From: Actinomycetota bacterium
GTDB taxonomy: Bacteria > Actinomycetota > Actinomycetes > JAKEEW01
Length of the DNA: 33,158 bases
Direction: 5' to 3'
NCBI GenBank assembly: GCA_046725875.1
Contig: JBKOZJ010000095.1
Span: 1-33,158, forward strand
Part shown: positions 1-9,888 of the stretch, piece by piece
How the letters are laid out: each line of letters opens with the position of its first letter
How positions within the stretch are numbered: position 1 is the first letter of the stretch
Position numbers and translations under genes: made by a program
The notes under the pieces: model-generated
Told to the model about the DNA's origin: nothing
Databases searched by the model: none
The model's input: the letters and a program-made list of their open reading frames with translations, nothing else

Positions 1-837
1 CTTCTGAACCTCGGCATCGGCGTGGGCGGGTTGATCTCATCCGCCATCGTGAGCGTGGACCGGGTGCGGACCTTCCAGGTTCTGTATGCGCTTGACGCAC
101 TGACGTTCTTCGGGTTCGCCCTGATCCTGCTGACGATGCGGAGGGCCGGCGGGCCGGTCCGCCGCGCGGCCGCCGACGCAGGCGGTGATGATCCCGAGGG
201 CGGCGACGGTGAGGGTTGGCGGCTGGTGTTGCGCGACCGGGTCCTGCGCCGGGTTTTCCTGATGGCGCTGCTGGCAATCTCATCCGGCTATGCGCAGTTT
301 GAGGCCGGCTACACGGCCTTCGCGACCCAGCAGGCTGACCTGGAGCCAAAGCTGCTTGGGATCGCGTTCGCCGCCAACACCGGCATGATCGTGGCAAGCC
401 AGATGCTGGTGTTGCGGCGGTTGCAGGGTCGATCACGCACGCGGGCGCTTACCCTCGTGCTGCTGATCTGGGCGTCGTCTTGGGTCTTCGTTGGTGCGGC
501 AGGCCTGGTGCCCGGAACCGGCCTGGCGACCGCGTTGCTTATCGTGGCACCCGCGATCTTCGCGGTGGGCGAGACAATGTGGGCACCGATCACTCCGGCA
601 ATCGTGAACGACCTGGCGCCTCCGGAGCTCCGCGGCCGCTACAACGCGACGGTGTCAATGACGTGGAGCGTCTCCTTGATCATCGGGCCTCTCGTCGCCG
701 GCTTCCTTATCGGGTCTGGTCTGTCGGCGGTTTGGATCGTCGTGATCGTCGGCGGCAGCCTCGTCGCCGCCGCGATGGCTGCTCAGCTGCGCCGGCACCT
801 GACCCCGGAGCAGGACGGTCGGTCGCCCCTGGGCTGA
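1..837 (+). CDS. MFS transporter (5'-truncated by window)
   Basis: Multiple hydrophobic TM segments; MFS-like motifs 'DLAPPELRGRY' and 'IIGPLVAGFL'; frame open from the window start. Confidence 0.85.
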   Translation, partial: LLNLGIGVGGLISSAIVSVDRVRTFQVLYALDALTFFGFALILLTMRRAGGPVRRAAADAGGDDPEGGDGEGWRLVLRDRVLRRVFLMALLAISSGYAQFEAGYTAFATQQADLEPKLLGIAFAANTGMIVASQMLVLRRLQGRSRTRALTLVLLIWASSWVFVGAAGLVPGTGLATALLIVAPAIFAVGETMWAPITPAIVNDLAPPELRGRYNATVSMTWSVSLIIGPLVAGFLIGSGLSAVWIVVIVGGSLVAAAMAAQLRRHLTPEQDGRSPLG

Positions 838-959
838 TCGCCGGCCAACGTTGGCGAACCGCTCGTTATTTGCCCCAGTTGACGCGAGTCCTGGCGGTAT
901 GGCGCCGAGCTGTGAACGGCCGAGTGCGATCGGCGGGCCGCGAGTGCAAGGATGGGTGT

Positions 960-1541
960 ATGGCCGACACCAAAACGTCGCCAGCGAAGCTGCGTGGTGC
1001 GATCGATCGAGCGGGCTACTACCCGGCGCTGGTCGCCGAGTCGATCGAGACCGCCGCGGGCGGCGAGAACGTCGACTCCTACATCGTGCACTTGGAGACG
1101 ACCTTCGAGCGGGACGAGGTACGCCGGCACGTGACCGTCCTTGCCCTCACACCGACTCGGCTGATCATGGGCCACACCGACGAGCATCCCCCGGAGGAGG
1201 GGGACACGAGCTCCTACGCGACTACGTCCACCGAGGCGATCCGACTAGACCGCATCAGTTCAGTAGTGCTAACGCGCACCGTCGACGACCCCGCCGGGCA
1301 CGTGCCTGGCGCGCCACCGCGGGAGGTCGTGCTCAGCATCGGGTGGGGCGGCGTGAGCCGTATCGACCTCGAGCCCGCTACCTGTGGCGACCCGAACTGC
1401 GAGGCGGACCACGGGTATACGGGCACGGTCAGCGCCGACGACATGTCGCTGCGAGTAAGCGCCACCGCCGACGGCCCGGACACAGTGGCCCAGCTCCTGG
1501 ACTTCGCTCGCGCCCTGTCTGCCGCGACTGGCCGCGGCTGA
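960..1541 (+). CDS. DUF5998 family protein
   Basis: MADTKTS...GYYPALV...HLETTFERDEVRRH...RIDLEPATCGDPNCEADHGYTG is the typical actinobacterial DUF5998 sequence; it lies upstream of the phosphodiesterase as usual. Start moved to ATG 960. Confidence 0.85.
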   Translation: MADTKTSPAKLRGAIDRAGYYPALVAESIETAAGGENVDSYIVHLETTFERDEVRRHVTVLALTPTRLIMGHTDEHPPEEGDTSSYATTSTEAIRLDRISSVVLTRTVDDPAGHVPGAPPREVVLSIGWGGVSRIDLEPATCGDPNCEADHGYTGTVSADDMSLRVSATADGPDTVAQLLDFARALSAATGRG

Positions 1542-1556
1542 CCGGCCGGCCGACCT

Positions 1557-2714
1557 GTGGGCGCGAGACACGGCTCGCCTGAACGCGCGTCCGCCGGCGC
1601 CTGGCGACGGCCCGGGTATGGCGAAGCCTCGCTCGCCGAGCTCCTTCCCTCCGTACTCGCGTCGCTAGACGTCCCGGGCATGCCGAATCCGCTCGATCTC
1701 GCCCAAGCTCGCCGCGCATGCGTGCTGCTGATCGACGGGATGGGGCGCGAACTGCTGCAGGGGAGTCGAGATTCGGCGCCTGTCATCGGACGTGCGCTGG
1801 CTGACGCCCGCGAGCTGACCGCCGGCTTTCCGACCACGACCGCGACCAGCCTCGGCACGCTCGGAACCGGCGTCGCTCCTGGGCAACACGGGTTGCTGGG
1901 CTACCAGGTAGCGGTGCCAGGGGACGGCCGGTTGCTGAATTTGCTCAGGTGGGACCAGCCGGTCGCGCCCGAGCAATGGCAGCCGGTGCCCACGCTCTTC
2001 GAGCGAGCGGCATCGTCAGGCGTGGCCGTCACCCATGTTTCATCGGAGAAGTTCCGTAATGGCGGGCTGACGCGAGCGGCACTGCGGGGAGGCTCCTTCG
2101 CCCCGGCGGAGGATTCCACTGCTCGAGCGGACCGCGCGGTCGAGCTGCTCTCGGACAGCCAGCCAGCGCTCGTCTACGTCTACTACGGCGGCGTGGACGA
2201 GGCGGGACACATCGAGGGCTACCAGAGCGACATTCAACTCGAGCAGCTGGGCCTCGCGGACCGGATGGTGGAGCGGATCGCCGAGAACCTCCCTGAGGAT
2301 GCGGTGCTCTATGTCACCGCGGACCACGGCATGGTCGACATACCTGAAGACCGACGGATGGACGCCGACGAACTCGCGCTCCTGAACCGGGGCGTGGCAC
2401 TGTTGGGCGGCGAGGCTCGGGCGCGCCATGTCTATGCGCAGCCGGGTGCCGTCTCCGACGTTCTCCAAACGTGGCGCGAACTGCTCGGAGACCGAGCCTG
2501 GGTCCTTTCCCGTCAGGAAGCGATCGAGGCCGGATGGTTCGGCCCAGTCGAGGACTGGGCCGAACCGCGGATCGGGGACGTGGTCGCCGCATGCCGCGAC
2601 AAGTGGGCAGTAATCGCGAGCATCCGAGAGCCCTTGGAGAGCTCCCTTCGAGCCATGCACGGCTCGCTGACCGGTGCCGAGCTGGTGGTGCCGCTCCTCG
2701 AATACCGCCCCTGA
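1557..2714 (+). CDS. Alkaline phosphatase superfamily / nucleotide pyrophosphatase-phosphodiesterase
   Basis: Metal and catalytic motifs LLIDGMG, FPTTTATSL, DEAGH, TADHG, MHGSL. Start uncertain. Confidence 0.85.
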   Translation: MGARHGSPERASAGAWRRPGYGEASLAELLPSVLASLDVPGMPNPLDLAQARRACVLLIDGMGRELLQGSRDSAPVIGRALADARELTAGFPTTTATSLGTLGTGVAPGQHGLLGYQVAVPGDGRLLNLLRWDQPVAPEQWQPVPTLFERAASSGVAVTHVSSEKFRNGGLTRAALRGGSFAPAEDSTARADRAVELLSDSQPALVYVYYGGVDEAGHIEGYQSDIQLEQLGLADRMVERIAENLPEDAVLYVTADHGMVDIPEDRRMDADELALLNRGVALLGGEARARHVYAQPGAVSDVLQTWRELLGDRAWVLSRQEAIEAGWFGPVEDWAEPRIGDVVAACRDKWAVIASIREPLESSLRAMHGSLTGAELVVPLLEYRP

Positions 2715-2767
2715 CCTCGGCGCCATGCGTACCGGCAGCAGATCGACGCCGCGGTTGAGGAACAAAC

Positions 2768-3535
2768 CTACGGATGGCCGCTCGCGCTGTGGATGACGTT
2801 GAAGCCTGCCCCGAAGCGGTCCTGGACGACCGCCATCCGCCCATAGGGCGTGTCCTCGGGCTCCACGAGCACCTGGCCGTCGTGCTCCAGGACCCTCGCC
2901 ACCGCCACGTCGGTGTCGTCGACTTCGAAGTAGACCGACCAGTGCGGCGGCAGCTCCGGCATGCCTTCCATCGGCCCCATGATGCCGCCGACCTGCTGCG
3001 CGCCGACCTGAATGATGTGGTAGTCCATGCCTTCCACCGGCTCGTAGGTGTAGCCGAAGACGGTGGAGTAGAAGTCCCTCGCCGCAGGAGTGTCTCGAGT
3101 CGTCAGCTCGAACCAGCTGAACGCGCCATGCTCGCCCATCAGCTCCGCTCCGCGTTGCGCCTTGCCTTGCCACAGGCCGAATGCGGCGCCAGCCGGGTCG
3201 ATGGCGAGCGCCGACCGGCCCTGATCCATGATGTCCATCGGCTCCATCGTGATCGACCCGCCTGCGTCGCGGATCAGTTTGACGGTGGCGTCGACGTCAT
3301 CAGACCAGAGATAGATCGTCCACGCGACCGGCTGCTCGGGGCTCATAAGGGGACCGATGCCCGCGACCTGCCTGCCGTTCCTGGTCGCGATCAGGTAGCC
3401 GCCCGCTTCAGGGCCGGGATCGAAATAATCCCAGCCGAGGACGGCGCTGTAGAAGTGCTTCGCCGCCTCGAGGTCGGGCACTCCGAGATCCGCCCAGCAG
3501 GGAGCGCCTTCATTGAAGGAGGTCGTCTCTGCCAT
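2768..3535 (-). CDS. VOC (glyoxalase/bleomycin resistance) family protein, two-domain
   Basis: GAPCWADL...FYSAVLGW and WFELTT...FYSTVFG duplicated VOC domains; GGAGG RBS upstream of ATG 3535. Confidence 0.9.
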   Translation of the reverse strand: MAETTSFNEGAPCWADLGVPDLEAAKHFYSAVLGWDYFDPGPEAGGYLIATRNGRQVAGIGPLMSPEQPVAWTIYLWSDDVDATVKLIRDAGGSITMEPMDIMDQGRSALAIDPAGAAFGLWQGKAQRGAELMGEHGAFSWFELTTRDTPAARDFYSTVFGYTYEPVEGMDYHIIQVGAQQVGGIMGPMEGMPELPPHWSVYFEVDDTDVAVARVLEHDGQVLVEPEDTPYGRMAVVQDRFGAGFNVIHSASGHP

Positions 3536-3730
3536 CGCTGCCTCCGTCGCTTCGTTCGTGCCACGCCGGCCGCTCCGGTGGGCTACTCGACGCACACTGC
3601 CACCGAGGTCTGACAGAGTCGATAGCCCACGCGCGGGTCACGTTGACCGGCAGGCGTCGAGTCGATTGGGCCGCGTACCACATGGCGGACGCACCTGCTC
3701 GACCCCCTCGTCGTGGGCGGTGACCCCGCG

Positions 3731-4096
3731 CTAACCGAGCAGCGGGCGCCGGCCGCCGAAGCCGTGGTCGGGCCGGTGCCACCAGCCAAGCTCGCGCTCG
3801 CCCTCGAGCCAGCACAGCAGGGCGGGAGCGCCGTCGATCTCGGACGGGAAGTCCAGCAGGAGCGGGGCCAACCCCTTCGGCTCGAGACCTTGGCCGACGA
3901 ACCACTCGATGATCTCGTGAATACGAGCCTCCCAGCCCTTCACCTCGGGCATCCCTCCGAGCGAGGAGCGGGCGCCGGCGTTCATTGCGGCGGCGACCTC
4001 GGTCACGTCAGCCCGCAGCGCCACGAACTCGCGCGCTCTCTCCTGGACCTCGGGGAGCAGCGCACGCGCGTCCTCCACCGTGAACAAGCGCCCCAC
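3731..4096 (-). CDS. DUF2203 domain protein
   Basis: LFTVEDARALLP...LLDFPS...LLCWLEGE...WWH...GFGGRRP matches DUF2203. Confidence 0.85.
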   Translation of the reverse strand: MGRLFTVEDARALLPEVQERAREFVALRADVTEVAAAMNAGARSSLGGMPEVKGWEARIHEIIEWFVGQGLEPKGLAPLLLDFPSEIDGAPALLCWLEGERELGWWHRPDHGFGGRRPLLG

Positions 4097-4147
4097 GCTT
4101 CCATTCTCTCGCCGATCGGGAACCGTATCAGGTCCAGTTGACGGTCC

Positions 4148-6799
4148 TCACGCCGCGCCGAGGGGGAGAAAGGCAAGGGCGGTCGCTTGCGCGACGGGGT
4201 CGGCAGTAGTCGCCTTGCGCGCGTAGTGCATGGCGTGCGCAAGGTCGTCCCCGGCCCGCAGGCGTTCGTGTACGAGAAGGGAGACGCGCACGGCCGCGTC
4301 GTCGTCGACCACGACTGTGCTTCCAAGCAGCCCCGCTGTCCCAAGCGAGATCAGCGCGCTCGCCAGCCCAAGCACCTCGTCCGCGCCCGCCTTCGTACCG
4401 ATGCCCGACTCGCACGCGGAGAGGATGAGCCGGTACGGCGCCCGCCGGAGGCGTTCGATGTCGTACACCGTCAGCGGACCGTCATGCAGCGTCAGTGCCG
4501 AGAACAAGGGGTTGTCCGAGCGAAGCGTGCCGTGTGCCGCGATGTGCGCTAGCCAGGCATTGTTCAGCGCCTTCAGAGCGTCCTCGCACCGCGCTGTGCC
4601 ATCGGCAAGGACCATGGCCTGGTCGTAGGTCCTCTGCAGCTCTGTTACCTCCGCCCCGCGCGAGCCGAGATCTGGGCCGGCGATGAGTACGACATCCCGC
4701 CTACGCGGCGGTCGCCGGTTCTTGGCGCGCAGCCACGCCGCCGCCGAGGGTGCGACGGTGAACGGCCGATCCCGGAGCGCAGGGAGTATGGCCCACGGCA
4801 GCGCGTGCAGTTTCGCAGGTGGCACTACGATCACCGGCCCGTCACCGAGCGCACGCACGGCCTTGCCGAAGAGCATCTCCTGCAACCGAGGCGCAGCGAC
4901 GTCGACCCGTTGCAGCGCAACTCGTGCCCGAGCCTCACCAGTGCCGGCGGCGCCGCGCAACGCGAACCGCGTGTGGTCGACCTCGCGCGCCACCTCCTCG
5001 ATCCGCCCGGCGTCGAACCTCCGCACCTTTCCGCCACCCGCGACGAGAGCGATGAGCTCCCCGTCGACCTCCACGATCGACACCAGCCGCCAGCCGCCCA
5101 GGGACTCCAGCAACTCCCGAATGTGGAACGACGCCGAAGTGGCGCTGCCCCCTAACCCCGGCGTCTGCAGCGTCCGCGCCCGGATAGCCTCCTCCAACCG
5201 CCGCCGGTCCCGCTCGAGCTGGGTCGTGGACTGGCCAGCCAGCCTTGCCTCAGTCAGCTTGTGTGTGACGCCTCGAAGTTTGGCGAGATCAGCGACAAGC
5301 TGCTTGTCATCCGGCGGCTCCGCCGGCGGAATGGCGGCGATGGTCGCGCGCCAGCGTTCGGTCCATCTGAGCAGCGCACGCGGATCGTTGGCCACCAGCG
5401 CCTCGTGGATGGCTATCTCGGCAAGAGCGGCGCCATGGGCAGTCGCTGATGCCTGCATTTCGGCCGCTCCAAGCGTGACCCGGTAAGCGTCTACGATCTG
5501 CAGGCCGCGCTCGCACGCGTCGAACACTGATTTACGCCGTCCGGCCGCCTGGGCACGCAGCGCCGACGCGTGCCAACCGAGTACCCGGCTCAGCGGCGCC
5601 CCCCGAGATCGGGCACGGGCCGCCCGCAGCAGGTGGGCCTCGGCGGCTGCGCGGTCGTCCAGGCCGGACGCGATCTGCCCAGCCAGCAGGTGGGCGTCGA
5701 GCGCCTCAGCCACGCGGTGCCGATCGGCCGTTGCCGCCACCTCAGCCGCAGCTCTGAACAAGCGACGGTCGCGTTCGCCGGACGCATACCGGGCTCGGAC
5801 AACCACGAGCCGCGCCAGCGCTTCGCCGCGCTCGCGTCCCTGACGCCGGAAGAGCCGAACCGCCTCGATGGCGTCGGTCTTGGCGAGTTCCACGTCATGG
5901 GTTGCCAATGCGGCCTTCGCCGCGCGCACCAGAGCGTTCGCCCGGTAGGCCGCCGAACCCCCCTGGCGGCGCAGAATGTTGACCGCCTCCTGCCCGTGGC
6001 GAAGGGCGTCGGCGTACAGACCCACGGCGAGCAGCGCCGCACAACGGACCTCCGAGAGCTCGGCCGGCCGCGCCCCGGCTTCGGCATACCTCCCCTCAGC
6101 CGCGTCGTAGTGCGCCAGTGCTTCGGGTACCTTTCCCAGCAGCGCCGCAACGATTCCGCGGTTGTGGCGCGCGACAGCTGCTTCGAACTGTTGGGCATTC
6201 TCGGTCAGGACGGCTTCCGCTCGGGCGAGAGCCTCCTCCGCGCGGCGGGCGTCACCGCGATCGAGGAGAACGTCCGAAAGGGTGATCAAAGCGCGAGGCT
6301 CCCAGACGGTGTCACCTGCGGCACGGAGGGTCCGCGCCGCACGGCGAAACTCCTCGATTGCCTCACCGGTGCGGCCGAGGATGCCGAGGAGGAATCCGCG
6401 ACGCACCCTCACCCGCGCCGCCATTACCCCCGATACTTTGGCGAGTGCCGCATCCATATGGCGAAGCGCCTCGCGGCTGCGGCCAGCGTAGGCGAGAGTG
6501 GCGCCAAGGCTCGCCTGAACATCGGCCTGCCGCTCGCCGCCGCAGGAGGCCGCTGTAACTAGCGCGGCGCGGAGGTGGCGGACAGCTCCGCCAACGTCAC
6601 CCATCTCCCTGGTCGCGATGCCAAGCGCCTGGACCGCGTACGAGCGGACGTATGGATCACGGGTCGTCGCAAGCACGCGTTGGGCCACCAGCGCGGTCTC
6701 CTGGGGCCGAGAAAGCGCGCGCACCGGAAGATCCTCTGCCTGGCCGTCTAAGGTCATTTCGGCGGAGGAGGAATTTGGCTTTGGTTTCTCCAGGACCAC
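4148..6799 (-). CDS. TPR-repeat + CHAT domain (caspase/HetF-like) protease
   Basis: Ala-rich TPR-like helical repeats, then a CHAT domain with LHALPW, catalytic His in AHIAAHG and Cys in LSACESG. Start at GTG 6799 (TAGCCT -10 element 7 nt upstream, leaderless); ATG 6757 is the alternative. Confidence 0.9.
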   Translation of the reverse strand: MVLEKPKPNSSSAEMTLDGQAEDLPVRALSRPQETALVAQRVLATTRDPYVRSYAVQALGIATREMGDVGGAVRHLRAALVTAASCGGERQADVQASLGATLAYAGRSREALRHMDAALAKVSGVMAARVRVRRGFLLGILGRTGEAIEEFRRAARTLRAAGDTVWEPRALITLSDVLLDRGDARRAEEALARAEAVLTENAQQFEAAVARHNRGIVAALLGKVPEALAHYDAAEGRYAEAGARPAELSEVRCAALLAVGLYADALRHGQEAVNILRRQGGSAAYRANALVRAAKAALATHDVELAKTDAIEAVRLFRRQGRERGEALARLVVVRARYASGERDRRLFRAAAEVAATADRHRVAEALDAHLLAGQIASGLDDRAAAEAHLLRAARARSRGAPLSRVLGWHASALRAQAAGRRKSVFDACERGLQIVDAYRVTLGAAEMQASATAHGAALAEIAIHEALVANDPRALLRWTERWRATIAAIPPAEPPDDKQLVADLAKLRGVTHKLTEARLAGQSTTQLERDRRRLEEAIRARTLQTPGLGGSATSASFHIRELLESLGGWRLVSIVEVDGELIALVAGGGKVRRFDAGRIEEVAREVDHTRFALRGAAGTGEARARVALQRVDVAAPRLQEMLFGKAVRALGDGPVIVVPPAKLHALPWAILPALRDRPFTVAPSAAAWLRAKNRRPPRRRDVVLIAGPDLGSRGAEVTELQRTYDQAMVLADGTARCEDALKALNNAWLAHIAAHGTLRSDNPLFSALTLHDGPLTVYDIERLRRAPYRLILSACESGIGTKAGADEVLGLASALISLGTAGLLGSTVVVDDDAAVRVSLLVHERLRAGDDLAHAMHYARKATTADPVAQATALAFLPLGAA

Positions 6800-6912
6800 T
6801 CGACCAAGGCTAGAGACCGTGAAGTGGCAAAGACAGCTCCGCGGTAAGCGGAGATGCACGTAGAGTGATCTCAGGTGTACGGAAGGGGTTACTCGCTTCA
6901 GGAGGGGAAGTC

Positions 6913-8274
6913 GTGTCCCAGGACGACAATGGCGCCCAAACGCCGGAGGCCGTTGAGCAAGCGCGCGACGAGCTCCGGCGGCGATTGGTCCCAGAGGTGC
7001 GGACAGCCCTGCAGAATGCCCCTGATGTGCGGGCGTGGCCGCTGAACTGGGATGAGAGAGGGCGGATCGATTACTTCTATCGCAGCCGATCGCTGTTAGC
7101 TCGTGACCGAGACCTTCCGCGTGTCCACAGCGCGCTGCGTGCCTTGGGCGTCCAGTTCGGGGACGCCGACACTGCGGCGGCACAGGCCCTGCCCGAGCCT
7201 GCCGACCATGCGCTGGTCAGCGGCGTCACCAGGCTCGACGCCCGTGTCCGCGAATCGCAGCACACGCCCGATGTCGTCGACGACCTCGATAGGCGCCTCG
7301 GTGTAGGCGTAGTAACGCACGATCACGTGTGCGTGATCACCTACGGAACCGTCTGCCCGGCGACGGAGCCGGAGGAAGTCATTACGCCTCAAGCGGCGGA
7401 GAACCCGGCGGCGGTGCGGGAGGCCCTGTGGCCGAGTGTCGGCGACCCAGCGGCGGGGCGTAATGTCAGGATCTCCGTCGTTGATACTGGTCTGCTGTCC
7501 GGGGCGACCGCGTGGGCGCCCTGGATACAGGGTGTACGCCCCAACACGAGCGCCGACATCGAGGATCCAGACCAGATCACGGTCGACTCCATGGGCCGCG
7601 GAATGGACGGCTTCGCCGACCCGTACGCTGGCCACGGCACCTTCGTGTCTGGCGTGATCCGTTGCGTCGCCCCGGGCTCGCACATTGTCGTCGAGCGCGC
7701 CCTCGGAGTCTCGGGCTTCACATGGGAGTCCCGCCTCGTCACACAGATTCACGACGCCCTGTCCCGTTCCCCCGACATCATCAGCATGTCTGCTGGCTGC
7801 TACACCCGGGGGAACATTCCTTCACTCGCCTTCCAGGTCCTATGGGAGGAGCGCCTCAGCCAACTCGGCGGTGTCGCACTCGTTGCCGCCGCAGGCAACG
7901 ACTCGCGGACTGCCCCGTTCTGGCCAGCCGCGTTTCCATGGTGCGTGGGGGTGGGCTCGACGAGTCGCGATGGGCAGCGCCGCTCCTGGTTCAGCAACCA
8001 TGGAGCCTGGGTCGACGTCTATGCGCCGGGCGAAGAAATCGTGAACGCCTACGCCCACCTGAAGTACAAGACGATCGTCAGCGGCCAGGTGCGGGACACC
8101 TCCGCAGGCATCGTCAAATGGAGCGGTACATCGTTCTCGACCCCGATCGTCACCGGTCTTATCGCGGCCCGGATGTCAAGCACCGGAGAGAACGCACGCC
8201 AGGCTGCCGACGCGCTGCTCGCCGGGGCGCGATACCAGTTCCGCCCCGGTGTGGGACCTCGCCTTTTCCCCTGA
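6913..8274 (+). CDS. S8 (subtilisin-like) serine peptidase, no evident signal peptide
   Basis: Triad VVDTG / GHGTFVSG / SGTSFSTP, oxyanion AAAGN; GGAGG at 6901 upstream of GTG 6913. Confidence 0.92.
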   Translation: MSQDDNGAQTPEAVEQARDELRRRLVPEVRTALQNAPDVRAWPLNWDERGRIDYFYRSRSLLARDRDLPRVHSALRALGVQFGDADTAAAQALPEPADHALVSGVTRLDARVRESQHTPDVVDDLDRRLGVGVVTHDHVCVITYGTVCPATEPEEVITPQAAENPAAVREALWPSVGDPAAGRNVRISVVDTGLLSGATAWAPWIQGVRPNTSADIEDPDQITVDSMGRGMDGFADPYAGHGTFVSGVIRCVAPGSHIVVERALGVSGFTWESRLVTQIHDALSRSPDIISMSAGCYTRGNIPSLAFQVLWEERLSQLGGVALVAAAGNDSRTAPFWPAAFPWCVGVGSTSRDGQRRSWFSNHGAWVDVYAPGEEIVNAYAHLKYKTIVSGQVRDTSAGIVKWSGTSFSTPIVTGLIAARMSSTGENARQAADALLAGARYQFRPGVGPRLFP

Positions 8275-8585
8275 CCCTGGCGCCCACACTATCGCCCGCC
8301 CAACAGCGACGAGGATCTTCGCCAGTGGCTGGTGGGCGAAGCCTCCGCACAAGTGTGAAGATCACATGGCAATCCCCTGGAACCGTGGAGACTCCTCTTA
8401 GCTGATTCGTGGTCTTGGCCGGCACGCGCCGCGCGTGGCCGCGGGCAGGCTGGGCCTGCCTGTCGTTGCTGCTCGTCAGGGGCCACGGAGGCTCCGCGGT
8501 CAAGGGCGGAGGCCGTCGCGGAGCGGCCATGGGCCCTTGACGGCGGAGGGGTGGCCCCGTAGCCGCGCGGCGCACCGGAGGGTGG

Positions 8586-9467
8586 TCATGCCGCCGTCTC
8601 CTGTCGGGCCCGTTCGTAGTCGACCGGGGCCACCATGCCGATCGTGGAGTGCCGCCGGTGGTGGTTGTACTCCTCGAGGAAGGCCGCGACGGCGTGCCGC
8701 GCTTCGGCGCGGGTGATGAAGTGTGCCTCCCGCAGCAGCTCGAACTCCACGGTGGAGTGGAGCGACTCGGCGACGGCGTTGTCCAGCGCGGACCCGGTGC
8801 GTCCCATCGACTGGGTCACCGCGGTGTTCGCGCACGCGGCGGCGAACAGCTGCCCGGTGTATTCGCCGCCCTGGTCGGTGTGGAACACCACCCCGGCCAC
8901 GTGGCCGCCGCGGATCGCGATGGCCATGCACAGCGCGGCCCGGGCGAGCTCGCCGTTGTGGTGGTTCCCCATCGCGAACCCGACACAGCGGCGGGAATGC
9001 AGGTCCAGCACGCTGGCCAGATACAGCGGCCCCTCGTCGGTGGGGATGTCGGTCAGGTCGCCCACCCAGGCCTGGTTCGGCTTGTCCCGCAGGGAGAAGT
9101 CACGGCCCAGCAGGTCCGGGGCTTTCCGCGCCGACCGGTCCGGTTTGGTCAGTCCCCGCCGGCGCCGCGTCCGCCGAGCCGCCAGCCCGTGCTCGCGCAT
9201 GAGTTCGGCGACGGTGTTCTGGCTGACCCGCCACCCCAGATCCCGCAGTTCGGCGGTGATCCGCGGTGACCCATAGCGGCGGTTGTGCTTGGCGAACAGG
9301 TACCCGACCGCGGCGGCCAGCGCCCGCCGTCGAGCCCGCCGCAGCGACACGTCGCCGTGGCGCCACTTGTAGAACCACGCCTGCGAGACACCCAGTGCCC
9401 GACACGTCACCGCGTGCGGGATGCCGAACTCGACCCTCTGGGTCGCGACAAAGCCGGCCAGGCTCAC
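8586..9467 (-). CDS. IS3-family transposase OrfB (DDE integrase core)
   Basis: RYGSPRI, WVGDLT (D), FHTDQG (D), DNAVAES (E), YNHHRRHSTIG. Confidence 0.95.
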   Translation of the reverse strand: MSLAGFVATQRVEFGIPHAVTCRALGVSQAWFYKWRHGDVSLRRARRRALAAAVGYLFAKHNRRYGSPRITAELRDLGWRVSQNTVAELMREHGLAARRTRRRRGLTKPDRSARKAPDLLGRDFSLRDKPNQAWVGDLTDIPTDEGPLYLASVLDLHSRRCVGFAMGNHHNGELARAALCMAIAIRGGHVAGVVFHTDQGGEYTGQLFAAACANTAVTQSMGRTGSALDNAVAESLHSTVEFELLREAHFITRAEARHAVAAFLEEYNHHRRHSTIGMVAPVDYERARQETAA

Positions 9468-9757
9468 CGCCCCATCGCTTCCCTCACCCAGAGGGCGGCC
9501 GAGCGCTTGAGCACATCGCGCTCCATCGCCAGCTCGGCGTTCTCCCTGCGCAACCGGTTCAGCTCGTCCCGCTCCGACTCGGTCAACGCGCCGTCACCCG
9601 CGCGGGCCCGCCGGTCCCTAGTCACCCAGTTGCCCAGCGTGCCCTCGTTGATCCCCAGCTCCCGAGCCACCACAGCGATCGGCTTCCCGGTCTCCCGGAC
9701 GATGCGGACCGCGCCCTCCCGGAACTCCCGATCGAACTTCCTGCGCCCGTCTGCCAT
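9464..9757 (-). CDS. IS3-family transposase OrfA (HTH)
   Basis: RRKFDREFREGAVRIV...VARELGINEGTLGNWV...coiled coil ERDVLKR; GGAGG RBS upstream of ATG 9757; stop overlaps orfB start (GTGA). Confidence 0.93.
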   Translation of the reverse strand: MADGRRKFDREFREGAVRIVRETGKPIAVVARELGINEGTLGNWVTRDRRARAGDGALTESERDELNRLRRENAELAMERDVLKRSAALWVREAMGR

Positions 9758-9888
9758 CGCCCACCTCCTCAAGGCGATGTCTCCACGCTACGAGGGGAAG
9801 CCCACACAGTCGGGGTCGACGAGCGCTGGTTGCGCGGGTTCATGCCGAGACTGTGGGGGAGCGTGCGGAAGAGTGTGACCGCTGTTGG

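Larger units (their letters stand above)
8367..9804 (-). mobile_element. IS3-family insertion sequence, 1438 bp, 4-bp target duplication CACA
   Basis: Terminal IRs TGGCAATCCCCTGGAACCGTGGAGAC (8367-8392) and TGGGCTTCCCCTCGTAGCGTGGAGAC (9804-9779, reverse strand), 20/26 identical with TG...CA ends; CACA at 8363-8366 and 9805-9808; carries orfA and orfB. Confidence 0.93.

Noticed and set aside
4148..6799. Type III-E CRISPR Craspase (Csx29) locus
   Set aside because: No Cas7-11, cas1 or CRISPR array in the window; only an analogy.
6800..7183. Upstream extension of the CHAT ORF to 1011 aa
   Set aside because: Overlaps the S8 gene antisense and is not protein-like.
8354..8366. CRP site at the IS target (TGTGA-AGA-TCACA)
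   Set aside because: The spacer is 3 nt rather than 6 and it lies between convergent gene ends; at most a short palindrome at the insertion site.
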